Shown here piece by piece: positions 1-10,390 of a stretch of DNA of 64,000 nt; positions within the stretch are counted from its first letter, which is position 1; every line of letters begins with the position of its first letter. The stretch is taken from assembly GCA_038821645.1 (NCBI GenBank), contig JAWBDT010000007.1, forward strand, positions 11,667 through 75,666, written 5' to 3'. The translations under genes were made by a program, and so were the position numbers. The notes below the pieces were generated by a model. The model had not been told where the DNA came from and did not search any database. It saw nothing but the letters and a program-made list of their open reading frames with translations. Source of the stretch: Ignisphaera sp. GTDB lineage: Archaea > Thermoproteota > Thermoprotei_A > Sulfolobales > Ignisphaeraceae.

Positions 1-1
1 G

Positions 2-403
2 GGGGGAATAGGATTCACAATATTTTGGGTAGGATCACTCCTACTTACCACAGATCCCACAAGAGTTATAGGGCCTTCTATGAAGACAATAGCAGAAGCT
101 TCAACAGCATTACCTTTTGCATACATATACAAGAGATCTAAGGAAGAAAGCCTCAAGACTATTGTCATAGGGTTTGCAATAGCTTTAGCATCTCGTGTAC
201 TTATAATGCTACTTTTAAATTATATTGTAGCACCTTACTGGCTTGTATGGGCTAGATGGATGAAGACTCTCGAAGATGCGTATAGATTCACTATTACATA
301 TTTACCGTTTAATGCTCTATTTAATGCCATAGTTGTCTGCTATGTGGTACCTATAGCAGCTGCTATATGGAAGTCTGTTAAGAAGTACATACTACCGTCA
401 TAA
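2..403 (+). CDS. ECF transporter substrate-binding (S) component, 5'-truncated by the window edge
   Basis: The frame is open from position 2 (GGIGFTIFWVG...). The protein is hydrophobic and lies directly upstream of the ECF ATPase and T genes. Confidence 0.75.
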   Translation, partial: GGIGFTIFWVGSLLLTTDPTRVIGPSMKTIAEASTALPFAYIYKRSKEESLKTIVIGFAIALASRVLIMLLLNYIVAPYWLVWARWMKTLEDAYRFTITYLPFNALFNAIVVCYVVPIAAAIWKSVKKYILPS

Positions 404-445
404 ACTTAGATACTCTCTACAGAAAATTGGTATGGGTCTCTCAAG

Positions 446-1906
446 GTGAATTCAATAAACAATACATTTTTTAATCATGTGGTTTACGTAGATAATCTAT
501 GGGTAAAGTATAGAGATAGTGATTGGGTACTTAAGGGAGTCAATCTTAATATAGGTAAAGGTGAAAGTGTTTTAATAGTTGGTTCAAGTGGAGGTGGAAA
601 AACAACACTAGCTAGAGCACTATGTGGATTAGCTGAGAAGATCTTTAGAGTTGAGATAAAAGGAAGGATAGAGATATGCTCTAAACCTGTACATCAGATG
701 GATTTATACGAGCTTCAGAAATGTATACAGATCGTGAATCAAGATCCATATACACATTTCCTTGAACCTATACCTATAGAAGACATGATTACATATGCTG
801 AAGGAATCTACGGAAGTAAGAGTTATGAAATAGTTGATCATGTATTAAAGATGTTCAAAGTTGAAGAAATAGCTAGGAAACCGATAGTCAATCTATCTGG
901 AGGTCAATTAAGGAGACTAGCTATAGCTAAAGCGCTTATTACCGATCCTAAGATAGTGGTTCTTGATGAACCTCTGATGTGGCTTGACGATTTTGATGGA
1001 ATAGATCTGGTTATGAGTGTTCTAAAAACGCTGAGGAGCCTCAAAAAAACGGTAATAGTTTTTGAGCATAGATTTCTACGTCTACTAAATCTCTTTGACA
1101 ATGTATATAATTTAAATAATGGGCATCTATATAAGCTAGATAGAGATATGGTGTTTCATAAAATAGATGATAGAACTAATACCGATAAAGCTACATATAA
1201 ATATAGAGGTATTAATGAGAACACGTGTCGAGAAGGACCAGTACTAGAGTTAAAAGATGTATGGTTTAGATATGACAGAGGTTCAGATTGGTTGTTAAAA
1301 GGAGTAGAGCTTAATGTATGTAGAGGAGATAATATAGTAATCTATGGTCGCAACGGTAGCGGTAAATCAACACTACTACGCATTATAGCAGGGATATTGA
1401 AGCCTGTAAGAGGTATTAGAAAGGTTTATGCTAAAGTGCTTTACGTTCCTCAAGTACCGTACCTGTTCATAACTGAAGATAGTGTATTCTCGGAGGTAAA
1501 GACAATATGTAGACATACAATTAAAAACAATACTTGTATAAACGAAGGAACAGAGGTTCTCAAAAAATTTGGTTTCACCAATCTTGATGTACCGCCTATA
1601 AACTTGTCGTGGGGTCAGCAAACAAGACTTGCTGTACTATTATCATATATAGCTTCAAGAAATGGTGTAGTGATTCTTGATGAACCTTTCACAGGTTCTA
1701 CTTATTTAGATAGCTTCAATATCATTGATCTATTGCTAAAGTTAGACAATGTCGCGAAAATAATTACGTTAAGTAGTAAGGACTATATACCTTTGTTTAA
1801 GGATGCTAGAACATATATTCTTGATGAAGGCACGTTAAAGTCTTTTGAATATCGAGACATAACTATATCAAAGATTGTGGAGCTCTCTAAATTGATTTAC
1901 CAGTAG
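446..1906 (+). CDS. ECF transporter ATPase with two fused ABC domains
   Basis: Two Walker A motifs (GSSGGGKT, GRNGSGKS), signatures LSGGQ and LSWGQ, two LDEP Walker B motifs. Confidence 0.9.
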   Translation: MNSINNTFFNHVVYVDNLWVKYRDSDWVLKGVNLNIGKGESVLIVGSSGGGKTTLARALCGLAEKIFRVEIKGRIEICSKPVHQMDLYELQKCIQIVNQDPYTHFLEPIPIEDMITYAEGIYGSKSYEIVDHVLKMFKVEEIARKPIVNLSGGQLRRLAIAKALITDPKIVVLDEPLMWLDDFDGIDLVMSVLKTLRSLKKTVIVFEHRFLRLLNLFDNVYNLNNGHLYKLDRDMVFHKIDDRTNTDKATYKYRGINENTCREGPVLELKDVWFRYDRGSDWLLKGVELNVCRGDNIVIYGRNGSGKSTLLRIIAGILKPVRGIRKVYAKVLYVPQVPYLFITEDSVFSEVKTICRHTIKNNTCINEGTEVLKKFGFTNLDVPPINLSWGQQTRLAVLLSYIASRNGVVILDEPFTGSTYLDSFNIIDLLLKLDNVAKIITLSSKDYIPLFKDARTYILDEGTLKSFEYRDITISKIVELSKLIYQ

Positions 1907-1925
1907 ACTGTTAGGTGATGTATAG

Positions 1926-2642
1926 ATGAGTAGTGTTAAGAGATTTGCTGAATTATTTATACCTATAGGTAGCAGGGTTTTCTCGATATACACAAGGATC
2001 TTTCTACCTATATCAATGAGCTCTATATCTATTGTATCAACACTTCAGCCATTCCAAGACAGAGGAATAGTTTTTACGGTATATGGTTTTACTGTAGTTT
2101 TGTCACTTATGTATATCGTGAAGATTCTAGAAAGAGCACTGAGGAGTCTCACTCTACCATTCATGTTTATAGCTCTAGGTCTTCTGGTTAACTTCATATC
2201 TATGTTTTTAGGACTTACACCACCACCAATATATTCTTTAATATTGTCTGCATTCAAGGTTTCATTGATCTTCATATCTATAGCTCTTCTTATTCAATGG
2301 TTAAGTTTTAGAGAATTCAGATGTGTATTGAAGATGATCAGGTTAAGCAGTCTAGCAAAGATATTGACTATAGTGATGGCAGTTATGCCTACGCTATTCA
2401 ATAACTATGCAGAATCATATACCGCAGTATTTCTGAAGCTAGGTAGACGAAGAGTTTACAAGGCTGTGAAACCATTGGTAGTTCAATCAGCTATACTGGC
2501 TCTAGATATTGCACAAGCACTCTATCTGTATGGATTCCCTAGAGATGTTTGTATATCTATTGATAGACCTAAAGCTAAAGAAATAGCTTTAATTGTGGCA
2601 ATAATTTTTATAGGGATACTACTTCTACTCTACATGCCATAG
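1926..2642 (+). CDS. ECF transporter transmembrane (T) component, divergent
   Basis: Multi-TM protein following the ECF ATPase; final helix pattern (AQALYLYGF) resembles EcfT. Confidence 0.6.
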   Translation: MSSVKRFAELFIPIGSRVFSIYTRIFLPISMSSISIVSTLQPFQDRGIVFTVYGFTVVLSLMYIVKILERALRSLTLPFMFIALGLLVNFISMFLGLTPPPIYSLILSAFKVSLIFISIALLIQWLSFREFRCVLKMIRLSSLAKILTIVMAVMPTLFNNYAESYTAVFLKLGRRRVYKAVKPLVVQSAILALDIAQALYLYGFPRDVCISIDRPKAKEIALIVAIIFIGILLLLYMP

Positions 2643-3916
2643 ACTTCACCTCTATCTTTAATCATTCTATAAACTAAATCACGAATCGTTCTCAATGGTA
2701 GACCTGTAGCTTGAGCTATAGCCTTCAAACTCTCGTACTCTGGTTTTATAACCAGCACATTACCCTTTAGATCTTTACTAATTTTGAATACAACTGGATA
2801 TTTAGTGCCTTTAATTTCTACGTCTATTATCCTCTTCTCCCTAATGGGTACAACAAATCTTCTGTATCTTGTATACCTTACACCCAGGGTACCAAGCTCA
2901 TCTATAAGAATTCTGGCGATTTCACTAACCTTATCTAAATCAGCTATAACTCTAATAGTGTATCCAGGCCTATTTTTCTTCATGTATAGAGGAACTATAG
3001 CTACATCTCTAGCACCTACTTCCATAAGCTTATTAAATATATGGCCTATGATTTCTCCAGAAACATCATCTATATCAGTTTCAATTACAGCTATATCTTC
3101 AGACGCAAGATCTTCAATATCAAACTTGGTATCGTCGTATCCGACAATAATTCTCAATATATTTGGCAAATCCTTTAAATCCCTTGATCCTGCACCATAT
3201 CCTATAGATTCAATACGAATAGAAGGTATGTATTCGGTAAATTCTTTAACAATGCCTGCAATTATTGCAGCACCCGTTGGTGTTGTAAGTTCCTGTTCTA
3301 TAGGGCCTCCAACTATCTTGGCCTTTACCTTTTTCAGTATCTCTAATGTTGCAGGTGTAGGTACAGGATATAGACCATGTGTACAATGGATTCTTCCACC
3401 TCCAATAGCTATAGGAAGTGATATAAAGTGAGACTCTATGAGGTCTAGTGTTTGAAGCGCTATTGCTGAACCAATTATATCAACAAATGTGTCAGCAGAA
3501 CTCAGTTCATGCATATGTGTGGTGTAGAGATCAATATCTCCATGAATAGATAATTCAGCTTCTACAAGTATCTCTATAGCTCTTAGAGCAAAGTTTTTTG
3601 CATTATCATTAAGATCTATATTTGAACATATGTTTCTAGTAATTTCTATCATTTCTTGTCCTGTTCTATACCTATGCTTTTCTTCAACCTTGATTCTGAG
3701 ACTCTTAGCCTTAATACCCCTTTTTACAACATCAATAAAATCTAGCTCGAGTTTTTCGACACCTTCAGCATATTTTGGAACAACATCTTCAAGAACCTTT
3801 ATTTTATCTATGTTGGCACCAAGCGATACTAGTGCTGATAAAAACATATCACCTGAGATTCCAGCTATGCTTGGATCTAAAACCACAATCTTCTTCATAT
3901 TGATACACACAATCAT
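2630..3916 (-). CDS. larC: Nickel-pincer cofactor nickel insertase LarC
   Basis: Motifs AGISGDMFLSAL, PVPTPAT, ELTTPTGAA, GYGAG, ETDIDD, MKKNRPG, KPEYE. Confidence 0.93.
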   Translation of the reverse strand: MIVCINMKKIVVLDPSIAGISGDMFLSALVSLGANIDKIKVLEDVVPKYAEGVEKLELDFIDVVKRGIKAKSLRIKVEEKHRYRTGQEMIEITRNICSNIDLNDNAKNFALRAIEILVEAELSIHGDIDLYTTHMHELSSADTFVDIIGSAIALQTLDLIESHFISLPIAIGGGRIHCTHGLYPVPTPATLEILKKVKAKIVGGPIEQELTTPTGAAIIAGIVKEFTEYIPSIRIESIGYGAGSRDLKDLPNILRIIVGYDDTKFDIEDLASEDIAVIETDIDDVSGEIIGHIFNKLMEVGARDVAIVPLYMKKNRPGYTIRVIADLDKVSEIARILIDELGTLGVRYTRYRRFVVPIREKRIIDVEIKGTKYPVVFKISKDLKGNVLVIKPEYESLKAIAQATGLPLRTIRDLVYRMIKDRGEVYGM

Positions 3917-4725
3917 GTTATTTGCATCAAACCTTCTTTACATTTTTCTCTATATAATGAAATTCGTTTACCTATTAGTGCTGCAAGAACAGCAGCATTA
4001 ACACCATTATCTATATTCACTACGGCAAGCCCCAATGGACATGCTTGAAGCATTGAATATAGAGCAGCTATCCCTTCTCCACCAAGACCATAGCCTACAG
4101 ATGTAGGTACAGCTATAACAGGTACATCTATTAGTGAAGCTACAACTGATGGGAGAGCTCCCTCCATACCAGCTACCACTATAACCACATCAGCATCAAC
4201 ATCTTTTACCTTCTTAAGAGCTTCTATAACTCTATGAAGACCCGCTACACCAACATCGTATATCGATATAGCTCTACATCCCATCTCCTCTACAACTATT
4301 CTACACTCTTCAGCTACAGATATATCGGCTGTACCAGCAGTAAGAATACCAATAGTACATTGATGCTTCCTTCTTTCAAAATCCTTCTTTCTCACTACAG
4401 CTATCCTTCCTCTATCAAAAACTTCTATCTCTAGATCATCTATCTGCAAATTCTTTAGATAATTTATATGTTCTTTCCTAAGTCTAGATATAATTATTCT
4501 ACCGGTTTTCGGAACAACACTCCTTATTATCTTTTCAAGTTCTTCTAAATCCTTTTTCTCAGCGAAAACAATCTCAGGTATATCTCTCCTAAGTTCTCTA
4601 CCTAAATCATATCTAATCTTATCATCTATATACTCTAGCTCGAAAATCTTCAATCTCTTAATAGCTTCATCTACATCAATATCTCTTTTTGCAACCTTCT
4701 CAAGAATCTCTCTAATACTTGACAA
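3913..4725 (-). CDS. larB: Nickel-pincer cofactor biosynthesis protein LarB (PurE-like)
   Basis: Motifs TAGTAD, DVGVAGLHR, AGMEGALPSV, PTSVGYG, VVNIDNG; overlaps the larC ORF. Confidence 0.93.
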   Translation of the reverse strand: MSSIREILEKVAKRDIDVDEAIKRLKIFELEYIDDKIRYDLGRELRRDIPEIVFAEKKDLEELEKIIRSVVPKTGRIIISRLRKEHINYLKNLQIDDLEIEVFDRGRIAVVRKKDFERRKHQCTIGILTAGTADISVAEECRIVVEEMGCRAISIYDVGVAGLHRVIEALKKVKDVDADVVIVVAGMEGALPSVVASLIDVPVIAVPTSVGYGLGGEGIAALYSMLQACPLGLAVVNIDNGVNAAVLAALIGKRISLYREKCKEGLMQIT

Positions 4726-4747
4726 GAGATACCTCCTCTCTAATCTT

Positions 4748-5200
4748 CTAGTTGTCGAAGAACTTAAGAAACTCTATAACTGTTCCTAAACTTTTTCGTG
4801 TATCTACATATATGTACATACCGTTTTCGAAATAACCAAGTTGTTCAATATCACCACCAATATCCTTTAGTTTCTCAATACATTCATCAACATTTTCTAC
4901 TTTAAAAGCTATATGATGAACACCTTGACCATAGTTCTTAAGGTATGTACTCCAAGTGCTATCACCATCTATAGGTTCTATCAATTCTATAACAATATTA
5001 TCTAGTTCTATAAAAGCTAGCTTTGCTTTTCCAGCAGGTTTACCTCTATACATTGCTTTTGTCTTGCTCCAATCATCTGTTTCAATGATTTTCGGCTTCT
5101 CGAGACCTAAGATCATACACCATTTTCTAGCAACGTTCTCTACATCGTTTACAACTATACCTATCTGAATCACGTTCTTCAAATTCTTAGTGCAAGTCAT
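4748..5200 (-). CDS. VOC/glyoxalase family protein (methylmalonyl-CoA epimerase-like)
   Basis: Motifs QIGIVV, IELIEP, GVHHIAF. Start placed at ATG 5200 because the longer ORF overlaps the divergent gene. Confidence 0.8.
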   Translation of the reverse strand: MTCTKNLKNVIQIGIVVNDVENVARKWCMILGLEKPKIIETDDWSKTKAMYRGKPAGKAKLAFIELDNIVIELIEPIDGDSTWSTYLKNYGQGVHHIAFKVENVDECIEKLKDIGGDIEQLGYFENGMYIYVDTRKSLGTVIEFLKFFDN

Positions 5201-5273
5201 AGAGATCATACACATGATGAACACTAAACTTAATATCTTTTTGAGGAATATTCTATCTAGAGTATGATGATAA

Positions 5274-6053
5274 ATGGAAGGATATAATCCAATTGAATTA
5301 ACGGAAATAGTCAAGAAACATGTTACACAAACACGTAACAATATCGAGGAACGAAAATATTATCGATTTAGAGGAGGTAGATGGTATGGAGGTATAGCTA
5401 CAGGTGATGTAGTTGGATGTAACCTCAGATGTAGATTCTGTTGGGGATGGCGCTATACTCATAGCGTTGATAAAGGCTATTTTATGTCACCTGAAGAAGT
5501 ATTCATGAAGCTTATAGATATAGCTTTAGATAGAGGTTATAGATATATCAGATTAAGTGGTGGAGAACCAACAATCTCAATAGATCACATGATTTATCTA
5601 TTGAATAGAGTTGAAGAAACAAAACTCATATTCATAGTAGAGACAAACGGAATAATGATAGGATACGATGAACAAATAGCGAAAAAACTTGCAAATTACA
5701 GTAGGATAATTGTAAGAATATCATTTAAAGGAACAACACCTGAAGAATTCCATAGACTTACTGGAGCTTCATCTAGGTTTTTCGAGTACCAGTTTAAAGC
5801 TCTCGAAAATCTTCTAAACAGTGGCATGAAACCTGGGGAAGATTTCTATCCAGCTGTAATGCTAAGCTTCACTCAAGACGAAAACTATATACAATTCAAG
5901 AGAAAACTAAAGACTATTCACCCCATACTTTCAGAAACAATAGATGAGGAATACATAATATTGTATCCACACGTTATCGAAATACTAAATAGACATAACC
6001 TTAAACCAAGAATAGCATTCAAACCAGAAAACATACCAGAATTTATGGTGTAA
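5274..6053 (+). CDS. Radical SAM protein (MoaA-related archaeal family)
   Basis: CNLRCRFC (CxxxCxxC), SGGEPT, ETNG. Confidence 0.88.
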   Translation: MEGYNPIELTEIVKKHVTQTRNNIEERKYYRFRGGRWYGGIATGDVVGCNLRCRFCWGWRYTHSVDKGYFMSPEEVFMKLIDIALDRGYRYIRLSGGEPTISIDHMIYLLNRVEETKLIFIVETNGIMIGYDEQIAKKLANYSRIIVRISFKGTTPEEFHRLTGASSRFFEYQFKALENLLNSGMKPGEDFYPAVMLSFTQDENYIQFKRKLKTIHPILSETIDEEYIILYPHVIEILNRHNLKPRIAFKPENIPEFMV

Positions 6054-6455
6054 ATACATCAATAATGATCAATTACAACCATATGTATATGTACTATATA
6101 CTACAGTAGCGTTCAAGTAACTATATAGCTACATTACATACACATGGATATAGTTAGAGTACATCTTCGAAAAGTATGTCTACTGCAGTAATCTTTATAT
6201 ATAGGCGCACCCAGTTGGTAAGGATATTACACACTATTATGGATACTGTTGACGAAAATGATAATAAACATATACCTAGAGTTCAATAACAAGTTGGTTT
6301 TAGTAATACAGTAGCCATAGAGAAGAATGCTTAAGGAAATTCTACTGCTGAAACCCATATTTAAACTCTGAGGTTATACCTAGGTAATTCACCTAACTAT
6401 AAGACACAATACAGGAGAAAGATAATACCTCTAACTATAGAGTCTCTGGTGGGTT

Positions 6456-6752
6456 ATGATAATTATGAGGAGACAAATATTTAGAAAGATTATAAATATT
6501 GTTATTGAAGGTTATGCTGTTGGTAATGATGCTCTTGAACTCAGTATAAAGCCTATAAATAGCGAGATAGAGATAACCAATCTATGTATAGAGAACTCTG
6601 GTAAAAATGGTAATGGAACTAACTGTAGAAAGGTATTCTTATATGTAGATCCAACAGGATTTGGAAACATTACTCTTGATGCAATAAAGATGAGTAATAA
6701 AGACACAATTGATTTAAATGCTAACATAAAATTCTATACAAGAGAACAGTAG
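6456..6752 (+). CDS. Hypothetical protein, possibly a gene remnant
   Basis: 98-aa ORF with a GGTGG RBS-like element and no recognisable motif. Confidence 0.35.
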   Translation: MIIMRRQIFRKIINIVIEGYAVGNDALELSIKPINSEIEITNLCIENSGKNGNGTNCRKVFLYVDPTGFGNITLDAIKMSNKDTIDLNANIKFYTREQ

Positions 6753-6870
6753 CTATCTAGCTATATCTACCAAATATATGAGATACATCTTCACGTAACA
6801 TAAATAGATCCATATAAATTAAAACATTTTTTAATGATACATCTCCCCAAATCATTGCTCTCCTCTCTTG

Positions 6871-7941
6871 CTAGAAACTTGATCGAATTTCTCGAACCTG
6901 TTGAAACACCCACCCTAGATCGTGTATAGATCTTCTCTCGATATTTTCTTCATATAGTGCTTGAGCTATTAGCGGTAGAGCTATTGTTGCATCGACATAT
7001 ACTACCCTTTTTCTAGCTCTATAAGATACCTTTCCCCAGCTAACGGCTTCTTCTAGAGTAGCGCCAGACAATCCACCCCATTGAGGCGCATCTGTTGTTA
7101 TCTGTACAACATATTCTAGTGGTTTGTAGCGTTCTTCGTTTTTCTCGCTTAGCTCGATAAGTGTTTGAGCGACTGTTACTAAATTGATGTAGTCTTTGGG
7201 TACTCCTCCACCGATGTATATAGCCGACATCTTTTTTGCTTTTCTACCTATCTCTACTATTTGATTGAAGTCTTTAACCATATCTAGAACTATATCATGA
7301 CTCCTTTCCCTAGAGGCTAGAATAGCTGCAATACCGTAAGCACTATCAACTAATGCAGGTGAAAATACTGGTACACCTACTCTATAAGCAGCTGAAATGA
7401 TACAGTCTATACCTCTTCTATCTAAGTATTCTCCAAAGAGATACAAGAATTCTGCTGTAGAATATCTTGATCCTCTGGGCAAGGTGTAGATGAACTCCTT
7501 TATCAAGTTCTCCATCTTTCGGTATGCAAGCTCATCTGCAAACACATCATAGAACCTATCTATCCTATATTTTAGAAGCTCGTAATCATCTACATACGGA
7601 GACCCTTTGTAGTAGCTAAAGCCCATAGCTTCGTATATATCTTCAGATATGTTTGCGCCTGTTGATACAACAACATCTACATATCTCTTTTCTATAAACC
7701 ACTTAACTATCTTCCACATACCTGCTGTACTCATAGATCCAGCTAACCCTAGAAACACAACATTATCAGGATCTTTCAACATAGATACTATAATTTCATA
7801 AACTTCTCCTAGAGCTCTACCTTGATAAGCTGTATCGGCAAGATCATTAAGTAGTTCTCTTACGCTTCTATTCCTCAACTCAAATGTTTTCAGTTTCTCG
7901 ATAAGATACGGATTTTCTGGAGATCTATTCATTTTATACAC
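6871..7941 (-). CDS. dys: Deoxyhypusine synthase family protein
   Basis: Motifs STGAN, GGGVPKD, GGLSGATLEEAVSWGK, DATIALP. Confidence 0.88.
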   Translation of the reverse strand: MYKMNRSPENPYLIEKLKTFELRNRSVRELLNDLADTAYQGRALGEVYEIIVSMLKDPDNVVFLGLAGSMSTAGMWKIVKWFIEKRYVDVVVSTGANISEDIYEAMGFSYYKGSPYVDDYELLKYRIDRFYDVFADELAYRKMENLIKEFIYTLPRGSRYSTAEFLYLFGEYLDRRGIDCIISAAYRVGVPVFSPALVDSAYGIAAILASRERSHDIVLDMVKDFNQIVEIGRKAKKMSAIYIGGGVPKDYINLVTVAQTLIELSEKNEERYKPLEYVVQITTDAPQWGGLSGATLEEAVSWGKVSYRARKRVVYVDATIALPLIAQALYEENIERRSIHDLGWVFQQVREIRSSF

Positions 7942-8271
7942 GTTGAAACAGTTCTAGTCAACCATTTCTATGTATACCCTAATAAATTTAGTAGATCTTG
8001 ATCCACTATAATAGTCATCATTAATAATAGCAAGCTTCAGTACAATGTTAACCTGACCAGATATAGAGAGTGTTAACATAAAGTATCTATATCAAAAGTT
8101 ACTAGGGATGAAGTCAATCTTAGTTAATCTATTATGTACTCTAGCTAGATAACATATTGTGTAAATATTATTAAAAGTTTAAATCAAGAGAACTACATGT
8201 ATATACACAATATTGTACAACACTTCAACACTCATCAGTACTCTGAAGCATATAAGGCTTTGGGGAAGAGT

Positions 8272-9252
8272 ATGTCTAGATTTAGATTATCTATATCTCG
8301 AACAAAAACAGGTAAAGAGATATATGATTGTGTTGTAGTTGGTGCTGGTCCAGCTGGACTTACATCAGCAATATATCTCGCTAGATTCGGCTTAAAGATT
8401 ATTGTAGTGACTAGAGATGTTGGAGGTAAGATGGCTATAGCTCCTCTAGTAGATGATTATCCCGGTATTCCCGAGATACCTGGGATAAAGCTTGCTAATC
8501 TTTTTGAACAACATGTTAAAAAATTTGGTGTAGAGATTGTTGTAGGAGAGCCTATGGTGAACCTCAAGAGAGAGGGTGATATATGGTGTGTAGAGACAGT
8601 TAGTGGATCAACATTTTATGGGTATACTGTTATAGTAGCTATTGGATGTGAGAAAAAGAAGCTTGGAGTACCTGGAGAAGATAGATTTCTTGGTAGAGGG
8701 GTATCGTATTGTGCAGTCTGTGATGCACCTTTCTTTAAAGATAAGGTTGTGGCTGTTGTTGGTGGAGGTGATTCAGCACTTTCAAGCGCTCTTCATCTAG
8801 CGTCATATGCTAGAACCGTCTATATAATCCATAGAAGGAACATGTTTAGAGCTTTTCAAGCATATGTTGATAAAGTATTGAAAGAACCTAAGATAGAGGT
8901 GATAATGAACTCAAGGATTGTAGAAATACTTGGAAAAGATAAAGTTGAAGCCATAAGAATTAGAACAGATTCAGATGAAGAAAAGGTGCTGAAGGTTGAT
9001 GGAGTCTTTATAGAGATAGGTTCTGAACCACCTAAACAACTTTTGGAAAAAATAGGTCTAGAACTCGATGATAAAGGATACATAGTGGTTAAACCAGATA
9101 TGAGCACAAATCTTCCAGGTGTATTTGCAGCAGGAGATGTTACTGGAGGATCCCATAAGGTACGATTCGAGCAGATAATCGTGGCTGCAGCCGAAGGAGC
9201 TATAGCTGCAAACTCTGTTTACCACTATCTATTGTCGGTTAAGAAAGATTAA
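8272..9252 (+). CDS. trxB: Thioredoxin reductase
   Basis: GAGPAG, GRGVSYCAVCD, GGGDSA, GVFAAGD. Probable start is ATG 8272 after GGGGAAG. Confidence 0.92.
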   Translation: MSRFRLSISRTKTGKEIYDCVVVGAGPAGLTSAIYLARFGLKIIVVTRDVGGKMAIAPLVDDYPGIPEIPGIKLANLFEQHVKKFGVEIVVGEPMVNLKREGDIWCVETVSGSTFYGYTVIVAIGCEKKKLGVPGEDRFLGRGVSYCAVCDAPFFKDKVVAVVGGGDSALSSALHLASYARTVYIIHRRNMFRAFQAYVDKVLKEPKIEVIMNSRIVEILGKDKVEAIRIRTDSDEEKVLKVDGVFIEIGSEPPKQLLEKIGLELDDKGYIVVKPDMSTNLPGVFAAGDVTGGSHKVRFEQIIVAAAEGAIAANSVYHYLLSVKKD

Positions 9253-9328
9253 AATCAAGTGTGATTTAAATCTTTAAAGTATATAGGTTTACCTTTCGCA
9301 GCATTTAAGTCGATAGAGAAGGTATGTA

Positions 9329-10105
9329 TTGATGTATCTTGATTCAGTATCTGAACCAATACTATTGGTTTTAATCAATGGATCCATAGTTATGGGGGCA
9401 ACATCTCTAGGATCGTTAACAGCTTTCTTTGGATATAAACTTTCTGACAGATATCTCGATCTAAGTCTAGGATTTGCTGCAGGAATCATGATTGTTGCCA
9501 GCTTCAGTAGCCTGATAATGCCTGCAATAGATGAGGGCTTATATATTGATGTAGGTCTCGGCATAGCTCTAGGAATACTATTGATATTATTGCTAGATAA
9601 AGTTCTACCTCATGAGCATGAAAGTGTGGGATATGAAGGTCTAGAACGTTTCAGGGAAAAAATACGCAAAGCATGGTTAGTAGCTCTAGCCATGATTATC
9701 CACAACATACCTGAAGGACTTGCAGTAGGTGTAGCAACAATCTATAGCCCTTACTTAGGATTGGCAACAGCTATAGCTATAGGGCTTCAAGATGTAGTTG
9801 AGGGTATGGCTACATCACTACCTTTAGCCTCTGCTGAAGGAAAACGTCTTAAAGCTGTAGCCATAGGCATTATGAGTGGTGTGATTGAGTTACTAGCCAC
9901 ATTTGGTGGAGCAGCTCTAGCTACATTGAGTAGAATATTCCTGGGTATAGGTATGGGGCTAGCTGCAGGAGCTATGATATATGTTGTAGTAGAAGAGATA
10001 CTTCCAGAGATATTCCATAGACAAGCAAGAAATAGAAGAATAGCCACACTAGGGTTCATCATAGGGTTCTATGCAATGCTATACCTAGATATACTAATAC
10101 ATTAG
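9329..10105 (+). CDS. ZIP family divalent metal transporter (GufA-like)
   Basis: Motifs GFAAGIM, HEHE loop, IHNIPEGLAVG, AAGAMIYV. Confidence 0.92.
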   Translation: MMYLDSVSEPILLVLINGSIVMGATSLGSLTAFFGYKLSDRYLDLSLGFAAGIMIVASFSSLIMPAIDEGLYIDVGLGIALGILLILLLDKVLPHEHESVGYEGLERFREKIRKAWLVALAMIIHNIPEGLAVGVATIYSPYLGLATAIAIGLQDVVEGMATSLPLASAEGKRLKAVAIGIMSGVIELLATFGGAALATLSRIFLGIGMGLAAGAMIYVVVEEILPEIFHRQARNRRIATLGFIIGFYAMLYLDILIH

Positions 10106-10390
10106 CCAAATCACTAAATAAAGATAGCAATTTAGAACACCTGGGGAGAAGCTGGAGCTAATTCTCCACAGATCTTGAGAATAATGTTCAAAAATCTATA
10201 GAATACGATATACAGAACACGTAGCTACATATATACTCGGGTAAACGTTGGCTGTATACATACCCTAGGCTATTACATTAAGATTCCATACATATAGACA
10301 TCCTAGATAGTTACTCAGTATCATCACAAGACATTATATAGCAATCAAATCAGATATAGAGCATGCTATATGTAGAGTATTGCTCTACAT

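Noticed and set aside
8046-8078. TGTTAAC twice between dys and trxB
   Set aside because: A short AT-rich palindrome expected by chance, with no further support.
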